DNA from: a phage
Sequence record: PZ239914.1
Length of the DNA stretch: 44,852 nucleotides
Strand: one strand, 5' to 3'
Shown here: in pieces, positions 9,101-17,395 of the stretch
How positions within the stretch are numbered: the first letter of the stretch is position 1
Layout of the letters: each line of letters opens with the position of its first letter
Position numbers and translations under genes: made by a program
Notes under the pieces: generated by a model
Seen by the model: the letters and a program-made list of their open reading frames with translations, nothing else
Database searches by the model: none
What the model was told of the DNA's origin: nothing

Positions 9101-9644
9101 CGATGCGGTGGTCGCGCTCATACAGTGACATTGTTTTACCAACGGCAGCGAAGTTGAACTCGCGCGGGTCGGCGTTATCGGTGTACACAACGATTTTATA
9201 GTCGATGCGTCCGCCCACCAGGTCTCCATTATCTTCGTTGGTGTACAAAGCTGGAATGCCGATTCGAATGCGCACGGCGTCAAGACTGGTGTCATTAATC
9301 TGGCGCACCCACGGCGTGCCGTTTTCCAGTTTTACGCCTACGGACTGCTCGCTTTCTACCGCTGAAAATCCGTGGATCACGTCCTGGTGCTGTGTGCCCG
9401 GTCGGAACTCCACACGCGCGCCGGGGAAGTTTTCCGACAAGTCGGCGTTCTGGATCGGCGTGCCGTCCAGGTATACCCGCTGCCGCAATTCGCTGGCGCT
9501 GGTAATACTTTCGAATTCCCCTTCACCCAGTGCAAGCAAGATGCGTATTTTAGCCAGGGAGTGCAGGCTGTCCGGCGTTTCCTGCGGGGTGTGCTGTTTT
9601 CCGCCGCCGCCTTTATGCCCTGTGACGTCGTAGATAATCGTCAT
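6198..9644 (-). CDS. tail tip / host specificity protein (lambda J-like)
   Basis: 1148 aa; Gly-rich N-terminus (HKGGGGKQHTPQE) and the YSGDWDGTFK block (as recalled from lambda J); position after an I-like gene. Confidence 0.9.
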   Translation of the reverse strand: MTIIYDVTGHKGGGGKQHTPQETPDSLHSLAKIRILLALGEGEFESITSASELRQRVYLDGTPIQNADLSENFPGARVEFRPGTQHQDVIHGFSAVESEQSVGVKLENGTPWVRQINDTSLDAVRIRIGIPALYTNEDNGDLVGGRIDYKIVVYTDNADPREFNFAAVGKTMSLYERDHRIELPPNVNTGWRVEVHRTTADSTSAKVVNDIRVQSITEIIDARLRYPLTALLFVEFDAKAFQNIPRVSIKCKGRKVLVPNNYDPINHTYSGDWDGTFKRAWTDNPAWHWYDICITERFGLGRRIKPQMLNRYALYQIAQRCDQMVSDGNGGQEIRFKNDMYIQSQTDAWTVLKDLAAIFAGMTWWGNQMLNIVSDQPVAAVSHTITNASVIDGRFDYASGSQKTRYSTFAVAYGNPKNHYEDAIATGQRVELVRRHKINRLDITAIGCTRESEAQRRGHWALISNQLDQQVSFKVGMEGLFFIPGSVVAIADTNISGGFETRGGRLLSDPGTRTVLNTDSEITFRPGDKFLVRTDSGNVETREIASVNGNKVTLKTALDADPIPDQPFCVDGDDIQLQKFRITDLEYDDSTSTFSVRGIEYNDSKYDAVDNGARLDPGIFTQVPDGVMKGPESVTITPSQISSQGQLITNVDIVFPPVKDAVVYEIQWRRTSLQNMAIQWGNDWVNIPRTASNGAHIPNVFSGNYQARVRAIGMGEISSPWVSSAITPVEGRLGGLNAPIITNAISGLHQILWKWNHNNAATDISYTELEVRKRGEMEWKFLTNVPYPGSDYAQTSLEFGIYQQLRARVADKIGNLSDWSAPFEGQVSDKVDEYMKGLDDEFLTSEDGKHFQEAIDTIPQGIYESMLTDAQQLFNARDEYKGIYAEITVAYNVATDAHKAVAQLETLIGTRLDDAEASIHMLQTAQSTHEQAFAQYQQTVAAKFGEQEAAIQQVQTATADVAGALAEYKTQVAAQFGQQSAAIEQKMTSSFNHVGGSATYSLKAGVTYNGTYYDAGMQLSVVAEGGAVKSRIAFKADQFYIMHPSNGSLSSAFIVDGGQVYIDTARIKNASINFAQITDTLQSNNWNPGSSGWRIAKDGGAEFNNVTVRGNLFATTGNFGFSGGSVTIDSTGVNVPLPGGGRVKVGTW

Positions 9645-10258
9645 TCGTTCAAATCCTCGGTTACGATTCCGGCTGAAATAATAGCGCCGCCGATCTCACG
9701 CTCGCCCCATAATACACCAAGTGCCGTACCTTGCGCGGTGGTGTTTACTGGTCCGCCGAACGCGTACGACGCCTTATTATCCACGTCCTGCCTTGTCTGC
9801 AATCCTTTCGGTTGCGGTGACAGCAATTGCATAGCACCGCCCAGCGCAAGCGACATACCAAACGAAAACGTCGCCATACCGATAGCGGCAGCGGTTGCCG
9901 CCGAAGCCCCGAAAGCGGCAGTCGCAAGCCCGCCGGTATAGAACGACGCCACCACGATTGCTACACCCGCCAGCAATTGGCCCAGTCCGCTTTTTGCACC
10001 AGTCATAACCGGCGCGATGGTCACTACGCGGTCGCCGTGGAACTCGCCCAACTCGTCGTAGCCGGTCATAGTGTGATTGCCCTTGCGCACTTTGAACATC
10101 ATGTTGTCCAGGTGGGCCGACATTAAAAAGTCCTGTAGGCCTGGTAACTTCACACACAGGCCGGTGATACCCTCGCCCGGCGTGAAGCAGTCCAGCTTAT
10201 GCACTTTGCCGAAACGACGTCCTAAGACGCCGTATAGTTTAAAGGTGGTCATTGCCAT
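9641..10258 (-). CDS. tail assembly protein (lambda I-like)
   Basis: 205 aa with Gly/Ala-rich hydrophobic C-terminus; synteny between the K-like and J-like genes. Confidence 0.75.
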   Translation of the reverse strand: MAMTTFKLYGVLGRRFGKVHKLDCFTPGEGITGLCVKLPGLQDFLMSAHLDNMMFKVRKGNHTMTGYDELGEFHGDRVVTIAPVMTGAKSGLGQLLAGVAIVVASFYTGGLATAAFGASAATAAAIGMATFSFGMSLALGGAMQLLSPQPKGLQTRQDVDNKASYAFGGPVNTTAQGTALGVLWGEREIGGAIISAGIVTEDLNE

Positions 10259-10989
10259 TCTGTGATATCCCCCGGTAGGTCTTTATGACGTACCCATTTA
10301 ACCACATTGTCCCGGAAAAATCCTGCCCGGAAGGGGATGACGCTCGACAGGCTGCCGTATATATGGTGTAGTAGCTGGTTGCCCGGAAGGTAGATTCCGG
10401 CGTGGTTAGGCACTGGCGCGCTAATCTGCATGATGACCATCGCCCCTGGCGTATTCTCCGCACACTCCCGGAAGCCCGCTCCATACCAATTGTCCATATA
10501 CAGGTTTTCGCCTGCCTCCCACCAATTGTACGGTACGCGGAAGTCTGGCAGGTTTACGCCCTGCTTTTTATGCCATGCCATGACGAGGCCGTAACAGTCC
10601 GTAACCCCGAGAACAAATCGGCGTCCTACCAGCGGCGGGTCTTCCGGGTCGATCTCGATAAAGTCGCCATACTCATTGGTAATTGTCCAGACGACGCCGC
10701 TGCCGTTGCATCCGTTAACGTCGCCCAATGACGGGGTTAGCTCGCGCTGACCTGGGTGCGAGTGGACTACGCGCACGACGTCGCCCATATCCTCGGCATC
10801 CATCCAGGCCATATCGCTAATTGTAAACGCGTCTTTGCGCGAGCGCACGCCGGTCGGGTCTTCGAATACGTTCAGGCACGGGACAAAAACTTGTTTGCGG
10901 CCCACCATGACAACCAGGCCGCAGGCTTCTTCCGGCAGACATGCCGCAACATGTGCGGCGATATCGCGTTTAACCTTCTTCGTTAGCAT
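10249..10989 (-). CDS. tail assembly protein with JAMM/MPN and NlpC/P60 motifs (lambda K-like)
   Basis: JAMM motif HSHPGQRELTPSLGD after E-x-x-CG; Cys/His pattern DCYGLV consistent with NlpC/P60. Confidence 0.85.
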   Translation of the reverse strand: MLTKKVKRDIAAHVAACLPEEACGLVVMVGRKQVFVPCLNVFEDPTGVRSRKDAFTISDMAWMDAEDMGDVVRVVHSHPGQRELTPSLGDVNGCNGSGVVWTITNEYGDFIEIDPEDPPLVGRRFVLGVTDCYGLVMAWHKKQGVNLPDFRVPYNWWEAGENLYMDNWYGAGFRECAENTPGAMVIMQISAPVPNHAGIYLPGNQLLHHIYGSLSSVIPFRAGFFRDNVVKWVRHKDLPGDITEWQ

Positions 10990-10991
10990 GA

Positions 10992-11780
10992 CTACCCCTT
11001 AATTAATTTGGACCCTGGAAAACCGCCGAAGTCCAGCACCGCCGCTTTTGGATCCGCAAGACCTTGTCCAAAACGAAGATAGCAGTCCGACAAGCATCCG
11101 CCGCATCGGTCCATATTCATCGAGATGACTTCGTTTCCGCGCTCGTCGTAGTATTTGATGCCCGGCTTCGCAAGGTTCCATGTGCAACCGTCCCCGCTGG
11201 CGTACTTCCCATTTAACGCCCATTCGCACATGTTCATGATCTGGCGGCGTGGAACTACTTGCCCCTCCATATCCGCGGGTGAGGATAATGCGAAGGTGAT
11301 TTGCTTGCCCGGATTGCGCCCGACCTGTGAGTCGATGTAATACTCCTGGACACGTTTTTGCGTCGGGTCCGGGTCCGATCCGTTATCCAGGAACTTAGCG
11401 AACGTGTCAATGATCTCAACCTTCGCGCCAAGTAGCTGGTCGTGATTCAGCGACAGCCTGGTGATTATGCCGCCAATATCAACGATGGTCAGCTGCGGTT
11501 CTGCTGCCGTTGATGTGGAGAAGTTGAGGCCGGACAAATCGAAGGGCCAAAATTCGAACTCCTGCCCGCCGAAGAAGATGGATTTAGGTTTTAGCTTGTC
11601 CTCGTCACCACCCGCCGCGGCAATATCCCCGGCAGTGTGCGGAATAAAGCAGTAGTGAAAATAGTGATGACCCGCGCCGATCGCGCCGTCGCCGGGTTCC
11701 ACGTCCTGCGCGTCAATGTGAATCAGGCGAACGCGGCCAGATGGGTCAAAGCGCGTCGCCTCACGATATAGTTTATTCAT
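10992..11780 (-). CDS. minor tail protein (lambda L-like) with C-terminal cysteine cluster
   Basis: 262 aa; C-terminal Cys cluster (C-x-n-C-x-n-CGGCLSDC) consistent with the Fe-S site described for lambda gpL; synteny. Confidence 0.75.
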   Translation of the reverse strand: MNKLYREATRFDPSGRVRLIHIDAQDVEPGDGAIGAGHHYFHYCFIPHTAGDIAAAGGDEDKLKPKSIFFGGQEFEFWPFDLSGLNFSTSTAAEPQLTIVDIGGIITRLSLNHDQLLGAKVEIIDTFAKFLDNGSDPDPTQKRVQEYYIDSQVGRNPGKQITFALSSPADMEGQVVPRRQIMNMCEWALNGKYASGDGCTWNLAKPGIKYYDERGNEVISMNMDRCGGCLSDCYLRFGQGLADPKAAVLDFGGFPGSKLIKG

Positions 11781-12376
11781 CTTACGAATCCAATAGCAGT
11801 CTTAAGGGTGGCGGATACCGTTGCCGTGTAGTGCCCGTTGTCCGTGTACGACAAGCTCGAACGCTCGACCACGAATAAACCTGTTTCGCCATCCGGCGCG
11901 GTGACGACAAACGGTTTGACGAAGTGCCCGCGAAGGAAGTTGTAAACCAGTTTAGGGTTGCACCACTTGTCAGTAGTCAGTCCGATGAATTGCACGGGGA
12001 ACTGTTTCGTTTCGGCGTTCGGGCCGTCCGCGATGTTCTGACCGTAACCGTTACCAAACTGCAATTCCTCGGACCGGAAAGCCAACTGCACGTCTCCGCC
12101 GCCTTGCAATTGCATGTGCCAGTAATAGGGCCATTCGTTTGATCGCGGGTCGTGCGCTTCGATTAGCTCATAAGCTGCACCGGATTTTGTCGGCCCGGCC
12201 CAGTTATCCGCCAGGGTGATGACGGTGTTAGAGTTGAATGCCGCAATTTTTCCGGTGTAGTCGTTGCCGTCGATGCGGGTAAATACGCGGACCTTCCCGA
12301 TCTCGCTCAAGAACGCGGTTCCCACGCCTGTGATGGTCTTACTTCCCTTAGTTAGTGTGATTGTACCTTGCGCCAT
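11777..12376 (-). CDS. minor tail protein (lambda M-like position)
   Basis: Start reassigned to the ATG at 12376 (MAQGTITLTK); position between the tape measure and L genes. Confidence 0.6.
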   Translation of the reverse strand: MAQGTITLTKGSKTITGVGTAFLSEIGKVRVFTRIDGNDYTGKIAAFNSNTVITLADNWAGPTKSGAAYELIEAHDPRSNEWPYYWHMQLQGGGDVQLAFRSEELQFGNGYGQNIADGPNAETKQFPVQFIGLTTDKWCNPKLVYNFLRGHFVKPFVVTAPDGETGLFVVERSSLSYTDNGHYTATVSATLKTAIGFVR

Positions 12377-12403
12377 AAAAAAGCCCCCACGTTGTAGTGA
12401 GGG
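12377..12403 (-). terminator. hairpin plus U6 immediately upstream of the M start codon (possible attenuator)
   Basis: Minus strand GCCCUCAC-uacaac-GUGGGGGC followed by UUUUUU then ATG; contains the only purine-rich candidate RBS. Confidence 0.35.
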
Positions 12404-12411
12404 CCATTTTA

Positions 12412-15054
12412 TCATCGTTTGTAAAGTACACCACCCGGTTTCGTCGCCTTCACGATCTCGGCCTTGACCGACTCGGTGATTTGCTTTCCGAACGCCTGCG
12501 CGGTGCGCGGGTCTGGACCGCTAACACTGGTATCCGTCTTACCGGTCCCCATGTTAACGTTGGTCGTTACAATCATCCCCCCGCCTACACCGGCAGCGGC
12601 AACGCCCAGTTTCCCGTCTGGCCCGCGCTTCAGTGGCATGATGGCTTCGGGTCCGGCCTCACCCATCAATCCTGCGCCCTTAGCGAACGCCTGGACGCCA
12701 TAACTGAAAAAGGTGGGCTGGCTTACCACTTGCCCCGAATAGGCCGCGAGGTTGCCCCCTGCGTACGCTCCGCCGTCCGCATTCTTAGTGAGGCCGGAAA
12801 AGATAGCGCCGAACAATCCGTTTTTGCCGCCGTCGCCACCGAAAGCGCTAACGATGGATTTGAACGCCTGCGAGGTAGCCAGCTTTATTAATTCGCTCAG
12901 AATGGACTTAACCATATCTTTTGCGTTCAGCTTGCCTGTCTCGAAAAACTCGTTCATCGTGTCCTGCATAGCGCCGAACGTGAATTTTGTGAGTGACGTC
13001 ATCTGCGTATAGCCGTTACCCATTTCATCAACGCTATCCTTAAGCCCGCGGCTGAAGCCATCCCATAGCGAGGCGTTAGCACCGGTCTGTGCTTCCTGCA
13101 CTTCGCGCAGCTTAGACACCGCCAGGTCAATATCGGTATCGCTAGCGCCCACCCGCTTAAGGCGGTCAATCAGCTGCAATTCTTCGCGCAGGTTAGCCGC
13201 TTCGCGAGTGGAAAGCGCATAGCCCGCAGCGGTGGCTTTTAGCTCGGCGTTCTGGTTCTTAACGAAGGCGTCGATCTGCGCGTGCGCCTTGACCTGCTTC
13301 TCTTTCGCGTCCAGCAATTTGGCTTCTTCGACGATCTGCTCGCGTACTTCCTTCACGCGTCCGAATTCGACCATCTGCTGCTTTTCTGCTGCCGTTAGTG
13401 CTCTTTCTTTGCTTGCTGCGATTAACTGCTCATTATCCGCGATCAGCTTGTTTAGGGCCGCCTGCGCGCGTTGCGTGCGGGTCTGCGTCGATGCGTTGGC
13501 TTCGATCTGCTTTCCAGACTCACGAAGCTGGGCTAATTCGCTTCGCGCGACTTCCAGCATTTTCAGCCCGGCATCGACTCGAACAGCGGCGGCCTTCTTC
13601 GGGGCGGGGTCTTTGTAACGCTCGTTTACCTGCTTCACCGCCTCGGCAAGCTCTTTCTCGTCAATCACGCCGCGCTTATTAAGCAAATTGAGGCGGGCGA
13701 TCTCGTCGGCTCGCCTCTTCGCGTTGGTTGCGTACTCCTTCTCGAACGCGGCGCGGTCGCGGGCGGTGCGGTTGGCCTCTTCGTTCGCCTTTGCTGCTTC
13801 GTCCGCGGCACTTGCGTTGTCTCGCTCGGCACGGTTACGCAGGGTGAGCGACGCCACTACTTTTTCCTGGGCTACCAGTTCGCTGTAAAGCATGTTAATA
13901 CGCGCTTTCTGCGCTTCGGTCATCACCCCACCGGCAGCGTTTACCGCTTTCATCTCGGCATAGTAAGCCGTGGTCAGTCGCTGCAATGATTCACGCGCTT
14001 TCATCTCTGACTCATTCGAGGACTGCGCGCGTCCAACATCCAGGATGGCATCCCACATAGATTTAGCTGCCGATGTAACGACGTTCATCGACCGCTCAAG
14101 CGTACCCATGTTGGACTTAATATCGTTGGTCATAGTGGTGAACGACGCCGCGGCGGTTTTGTTAGCCAATGCAACCGCGTCTGTCTCGCGACCCATATCC
14201 ACAAGCGACTGCACCTGCTGGATCTGCGCTTCGTTTACGACGTGATACTTATCCGCCAATGCTCGCAAGCCGCCTACCGGGTCGGTTGACAGCTTCGCCA
14301 CCGCCGCGACCACATCCTCGACCGGCTGGCTGGACACCTTCGCAAAGTCATTCACCACTTTCGCCAGCGTGCCGAAGTCCGCACCCGCTTTCACACCAGC
14401 CGCCGCCAGCGCCTGGATTGTGTCACGCGTCTTGCGGAACGACCCACCCATGCGCTCGGCGTTCTCGGATAGCACCAGGATCTGGTTTGCCGTCAGGCCG
14501 GAAATGTTACCGGAAAGTGCCAGCGTCTTGTTAAGCGCGGCGACCTGGTTCTCTGCGCGGGACGTAATTGCCACGCCCACGCCTAACGTTGCCGTTACGG
14601 CGGCAAGGCCGATCCCTACTGGGCCGAGGAAGCCAGCAACATAACGCAGCGTGTTACCCAGTCCGCCGAATGCCCCAGTTAGCTGCGGTAACTGCTGAAG
14701 CATGACGCGGTGGACCGGCATCCCCATCTCAAGCGTAACTGCGATATCCTGTAACTGGAATGCGGCGTTACGCGAGGCAAAGCCCAGGTTTTTGGTCGAC
14801 ATGCCTAACCGGTTTGCAAGTCGCTCCTGTTTCGTCATACCGTCGGCGGCGCGCTGCGATTCGTTCGCCAGCTTCTCCATTCCGCCCGCGGCGTCACTCG
14901 TCACCTTTTTGGATTTGCCGAGTGTGTCGTTTAATTTCTTAACCTTGTTTTCTGTGTTCTCGGATTTCTGTGCGAATGAATCAAGCACAGTATTCGCCGT
15001 TCTGATTTGTGCAACATCCGCCTTTAGCGTGATGCCTGCTGCTTGATCTGCCAT
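12412..15054 (-). CDS. tail tape measure protein
   Basis: 880 aa, Ala/Gln/Lys-rich helical; Gly-rich hydrophobic segments; position between G-T and M. Confidence 0.85.
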   Translation of the reverse strand: MADQAAGITLKADVAQIRTANTVLDSFAQKSENTENKVKKLNDTLGKSKKVTSDAAGGMEKLANESQRAADGMTKQERLANRLGMSTKNLGFASRNAAFQLQDIAVTLEMGMPVHRVMLQQLPQLTGAFGGLGNTLRYVAGFLGPVGIGLAAVTATLGVGVAITSRAENQVAALNKTLALSGNISGLTANQILVLSENAERMGGSFRKTRDTIQALAAAGVKAGADFGTLAKVVNDFAKVSSQPVEDVVAAVAKLSTDPVGGLRALADKYHVVNEAQIQQVQSLVDMGRETDAVALANKTAAASFTTMTNDIKSNMGTLERSMNVVTSAAKSMWDAILDVGRAQSSNESEMKARESLQRLTTAYYAEMKAVNAAGGVMTEAQKARINMLYSELVAQEKVVASLTLRNRAERDNASAADEAAKANEEANRTARDRAAFEKEYATNAKRRADEIARLNLLNKRGVIDEKELAEAVKQVNERYKDPAPKKAAAVRVDAGLKMLEVARSELAQLRESGKQIEANASTQTRTQRAQAALNKLIADNEQLIAASKERALTAAEKQQMVEFGRVKEVREQIVEEAKLLDAKEKQVKAHAQIDAFVKNQNAELKATAAGYALSTREAANLREELQLIDRLKRVGASDTDIDLAVSKLREVQEAQTGANASLWDGFSRGLKDSVDEMGNGYTQMTSLTKFTFGAMQDTMNEFFETGKLNAKDMVKSILSELIKLATSQAFKSIVSAFGGDGGKNGLFGAIFSGLTKNADGGAYAGGNLAAYSGQVVSQPTFFSYGVQAFAKGAGLMGEAGPEAIMPLKRGPDGKLGVAAAGVGGGMIVTTNVNMGTGKTDTSVSGPDPRTAQAFGKQITESVKAEIVKATKPGGVLYKR

Positions 15055-15117
15055 TATGCAGTCCCCTTTTTTATGCAGTTGCCGGTTGACATTGTATCAG
15101 CGAATTTAAAACAAACC

Positions 15118-15291
15118 TTATGCAGTCTCAGACGAGGGGGGCCGTTGACCCCCGTCTAGTCTGAAAGACTGGGCTTTGTCCCGCTTGTCCCGATCGGCTG
15201 AAAACCGCGGCAGCACTGGCGGGGACGTGGTGCTGTCCCGCTTTGTCCCGCTCCTTGTTTGTCCCGCTTTCTGTCCCGCTCAGTTTATGCA
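15118..15291. repeat. iteron-rich noncoding repeat element, copy A
   Basis: About 174 bp, roughly 85% identical to 32339-32512; starts TTATGCAGTCTCAGACGAGGGGGGCC with nested hairpins, then six direct TGTCCCGCT-type units, ends AGTTTATGCA. Confidence 0.8.
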
Positions 15292-15439
15292 CGAAATACG
15301 AATAGGTATGCACATTTGTGGGGTGGGACAAAACGGGACGTCCCGCTTGTCCCGCTTTTAGATTATGCAATGGTAGTGATTAGATATGCGGTTTTGCAGG
15401 GGCGGGACAAAACGGGACGCCCCGATCAGTCCCGCTTCA
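15292..15439. repeat. additional direct and inverted GTCCCGC/GGGAC iterons extending copy A
   Basis: GGGACAAAACGGGAC at 15325-15339 and 15405-15419 (inverted) plus direct GTCCCGC units at 15340, 15349 and 15430. Confidence 0.7.
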
Positions 15440-15763
15440 TTATGCTGGGTTCTGCTGCGCCATCTCATCAAGCGCGATTCGTTCCATTAGCTTGATATCT
15501 TTAAACGCTCGCTGCTCGTTTTCTACACCGTGCATCTTAAATAACCACTCCAGCACGCCGTAGTCGATGCCGTATGCGCCACCAAATCCTGTGCGCCATT
15601 GCGTGGAGCAATCTGTGAAGACTGCGACTACCTTCGCGTTGTCGGGCCATAGCGCAACAGGCGGACAAACATCTTCGGGGGCCGCGCCCCATAAACTTGC
15701 GGCTAAATCTTCGGAGGGTGGCGGCGGGCCATAAAAGCGTCGCGCCGCCTCAATTAGTTTTTT
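15440..15763 (-). CDS. tail assembly chaperone T-like extension, expressed by -1 frameshift as a G-T fusion
   Basis: 105 sense codons open in the -1 frame from the slip site to the TAA at 15440-15442; no ATG-initiated ORF of 60 aa or more; -1 frame closed by TGA just upstream. Confidence 0.65.
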   Translation of the reverse strand, partial: KKLIEAARRFYGPPPPSEDLAASLWGAAPEDVCPPVALWPDNAKVVAVFTDCSTQWRTGFGGAYGIDYGVLEWLFKMHGVENEQRAFKDIKLMERIALDEMAQQNPA

Positions 15764-16116
15764 TCACGCAACCCCATCAGTTCGAGATAGTACGACGTGT
15801 GGAACACACCGAACGCGCGTGGATAGTTGACCACCAGGCGGCGGACGTTCTCCGCGTTAAATTCGTCCGGCAGATTCCAGCCTTCTGCGACGTGCATGAT
15901 GGCCTCGACCATAACGTTAAAGCCGTCCGGGTCATTGTCGTCATATTCCGATAGCTTTCGTTCAGTTTCCTGCATGGTTTGCGAAAATTCGTCGATCGGG
16001 CGGTGGCGGACGGTAAACGTCATCTTGCCCGGCTCGTTCTCACCAGGGCGCGGAATCTCAATCGGCAGCTTAAAGGTTGGCTTAGGGTCAAGTGTGAAGA
16101 GTGGTGCTTTAGCCAT
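15754..16116 (-). CDS. tail assembly chaperone (lambda G-like)
   Basis: 120 aa from the ATG at 16116 (GGAGA RBS); between the major tail gene and the tape measure; ends in the slippery site. Confidence 0.7.
   Translation of the reverse strand: MAKAPLFTLDPKPTFKLPIEIPRPGENEPGKMTFTVRHRPIDEFSQTMQETERKLSEYDDNDPDGFNVMVEAIMHVAEGWNLPDEFNAENVRRLVVNYPRAFGVFHTSYYLELMGLREKN
15757..15763 (-). other. programmed -1 ribosomal frameshift heptamer A_AAA_AAC
   Basis: Minus-strand GAA AAA AAC TAA at the end of the G-like ORF; textbook X_XXY_YYZ site two codons before the stop. Confidence 0.65.
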
Positions 16117-16131
16117 TGTAGTATTCTCCAA

Positions 16132-16156
16132 TAAAAAAGGGGCCGTGCTGGCCCCA
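16132..16156 (-). terminator. intrinsic terminator/attenuator after the major tail protein gene
   Basis: Minus strand GGGGCC-agcac-GGCCCC followed by U6, directly upstream of the G RBS. Confidence 0.55.
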
Positions 16157-16185
16157 TATTATCACTCGCTATTTAAGCGACCAAA

Positions 16186-16911
16186 TCAAGACAACGCCTC
16201 GACCAGATCCTTACGGTAGATAACCATATCAGACTGCATGGTCAGAGTGGACTGCACCGTTTCCACGTTGTTTACTTCAGCGGAAGGAATCTTCTGGAAA
16301 GATACCTTTGCCGGGTAAATACGGATCTCACCTTTGCCGCTTGCTGCCGCTGGGTTAGTGAACTTAATCACAGTGGTTTTCTGTGTGTCGTCCAGGTCTT
16401 CCAGGATTGGGCGGATCGGGTCTTCTTCGTCGTGGGTGAAAGTGTAAGTCTGTACCAACGGGTTTTTCGTGGTGTTCAGACTGATTGCGGTGTTCACCTG
16501 CAACGGCTGGAAGGTAGTCGTCTGCTGGTCGCCACCAGACACGGCAACGTTAGTAATGAAAGGGAAGTCGATAAAGCTCGACACCTTCACCACTTCGCCC
16601 GGAGTGCCTACGCTGAAAGCGCCGGTCGGGTATTTTGTGACGTCTTCGGTGTCGAAGCGCGCCAGCGTAACGTCGTTGGTGTCCACTTTACCCACGATGA
16701 ATGCGCGGTTAAGCGCTCGGACCCACGGGGTTTTAGTGAACATAACCACGTCGCCAACAACCAGGCCATGCGAAGCCGCACAGGTAATTACGCAACCTTG
16801 CGTAAGGTCGGAGATCGACGCGGCGGCGTTGGTAGCTGCCGTAACAGCGATGCCGCTGCCCAGTACGGACCCAATCTGGACGCTGGACCCGTTAGGAAGT
16901 TGATAACCCAT
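16186..16911 (-). CDS. major tail protein (by position)
   Basis: 241 aa, CAGGAG RBS; upstream of G/G-T and followed by a terminator, as expected for a highly expressed tail tube gene. Confidence 0.6.
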   Translation of the reverse strand: MGYQLPNGSSVQIGSVLGSGIAVTAATNAAASISDLTQGCVITCAASHGLVVGDVVMFTKTPWVRALNRAFIVGKVDTNDVTLARFDTEDVTKYPTGAFSVGTPGEVVKVSSFIDFPFITNVAVSGGDQQTTTFQPLQVNTAISLNTTKNPLVQTYTFTHDEEDPIRPILEDLDDTQKTTVIKFTNPAAASGKGEIRIYPAKVSFQKIPSAEVNNVETVQSTLTMQSDMVIYRKDLVEALS

Positions 16912-16972
16912 AATGAACGCTCCTGTTTAGATATACGGTTTAATGATACAGCACGCGCAGAATTGCGCCAAA

Positions 16973-17395
16973 TCAGGCACAACAGGAATAGGGCACTGTA
17001 ACCACGATGCGGGCGCGGTCAACATCCTCAATCACTGAACTGGTGTATGGCGCGTCCTGAAGCTGGAATGCAGCTCCGGTAAGCCTTACGGCCTGCCACT
17101 TGTCTGACGTCGCAATGGCGTCCGCCAGTTCGCTCGCATACTGTGTGCCCGTGCCCGCAGGAAATACCACAGCAACCTGATAGACACCTGCATAGATCCG
17201 GCCCTTCTGCTGGAATCCCACAAACTGGGTCGGGGCCGGAAGCAGATATGGTTCCAGGTAAACACCGCTGCCGTTTGCGTGGTCGCCGCTCACGTTCTCC
17301 CAGTTAACCTTTATCGGGCGCTGGTTAGTGCTCAGGCTAACCGATAGCTCTTCGACAACGCTGTTAAGCGCCTTGCGGATTAGAGTATTGCTCAT
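16973..17395 (-). CDS. tail terminator-like protein (lambda U position)
   Basis: 140 aa; synteny only. Confidence 0.45.
   Translation of the reverse strand: MSNTLIRKALNSVVEELSVSLSTNQRPIKVNWENVSGDHANGSGVYLEPYLLPAPTQFVGFQQKGRIYAGVYQVAVVFPAGTGTQYASELADAIATSDKWQAVRLTGAAFQLQDAPYTSSVIEDVDRARIVVTVPYSCCA

Noticed and set aside
6298-9633. Multiple plus-strand ORFs (60-190 aa) inside the J gene
   Set aside because: They are antisense to a long, well-supported minus-strand gene and have Arg/Ser/Pro-rich composition typical of antisense reading frames in GC-rich DNA.
12464-15046. Plus-strand ORFs antisense to the tape measure gene
   Set aside because: They are Ala/Ser-rich mirror frames of the tape measure coding sequence, with no independent RBS or start context.
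15118-15439. CRISPR array interpretation of the GTCCCGC repeats
   Set aside because: The repeat units are only 7-9 bp with 2-25 bp irregular spacing and mixed orientation, far from the 24-48-bp repeats and regular spacers of CRISPR arrays, and there are no cas genes.
15176-15495. Plus-strand ORFs of 61 and 78 aa inside the iteron repeat
   Set aside because: They are generated by the GTCCCGC repeats (poly-Val/Pro/Leu translation), have no RBS, and differ between the two repeat copies.
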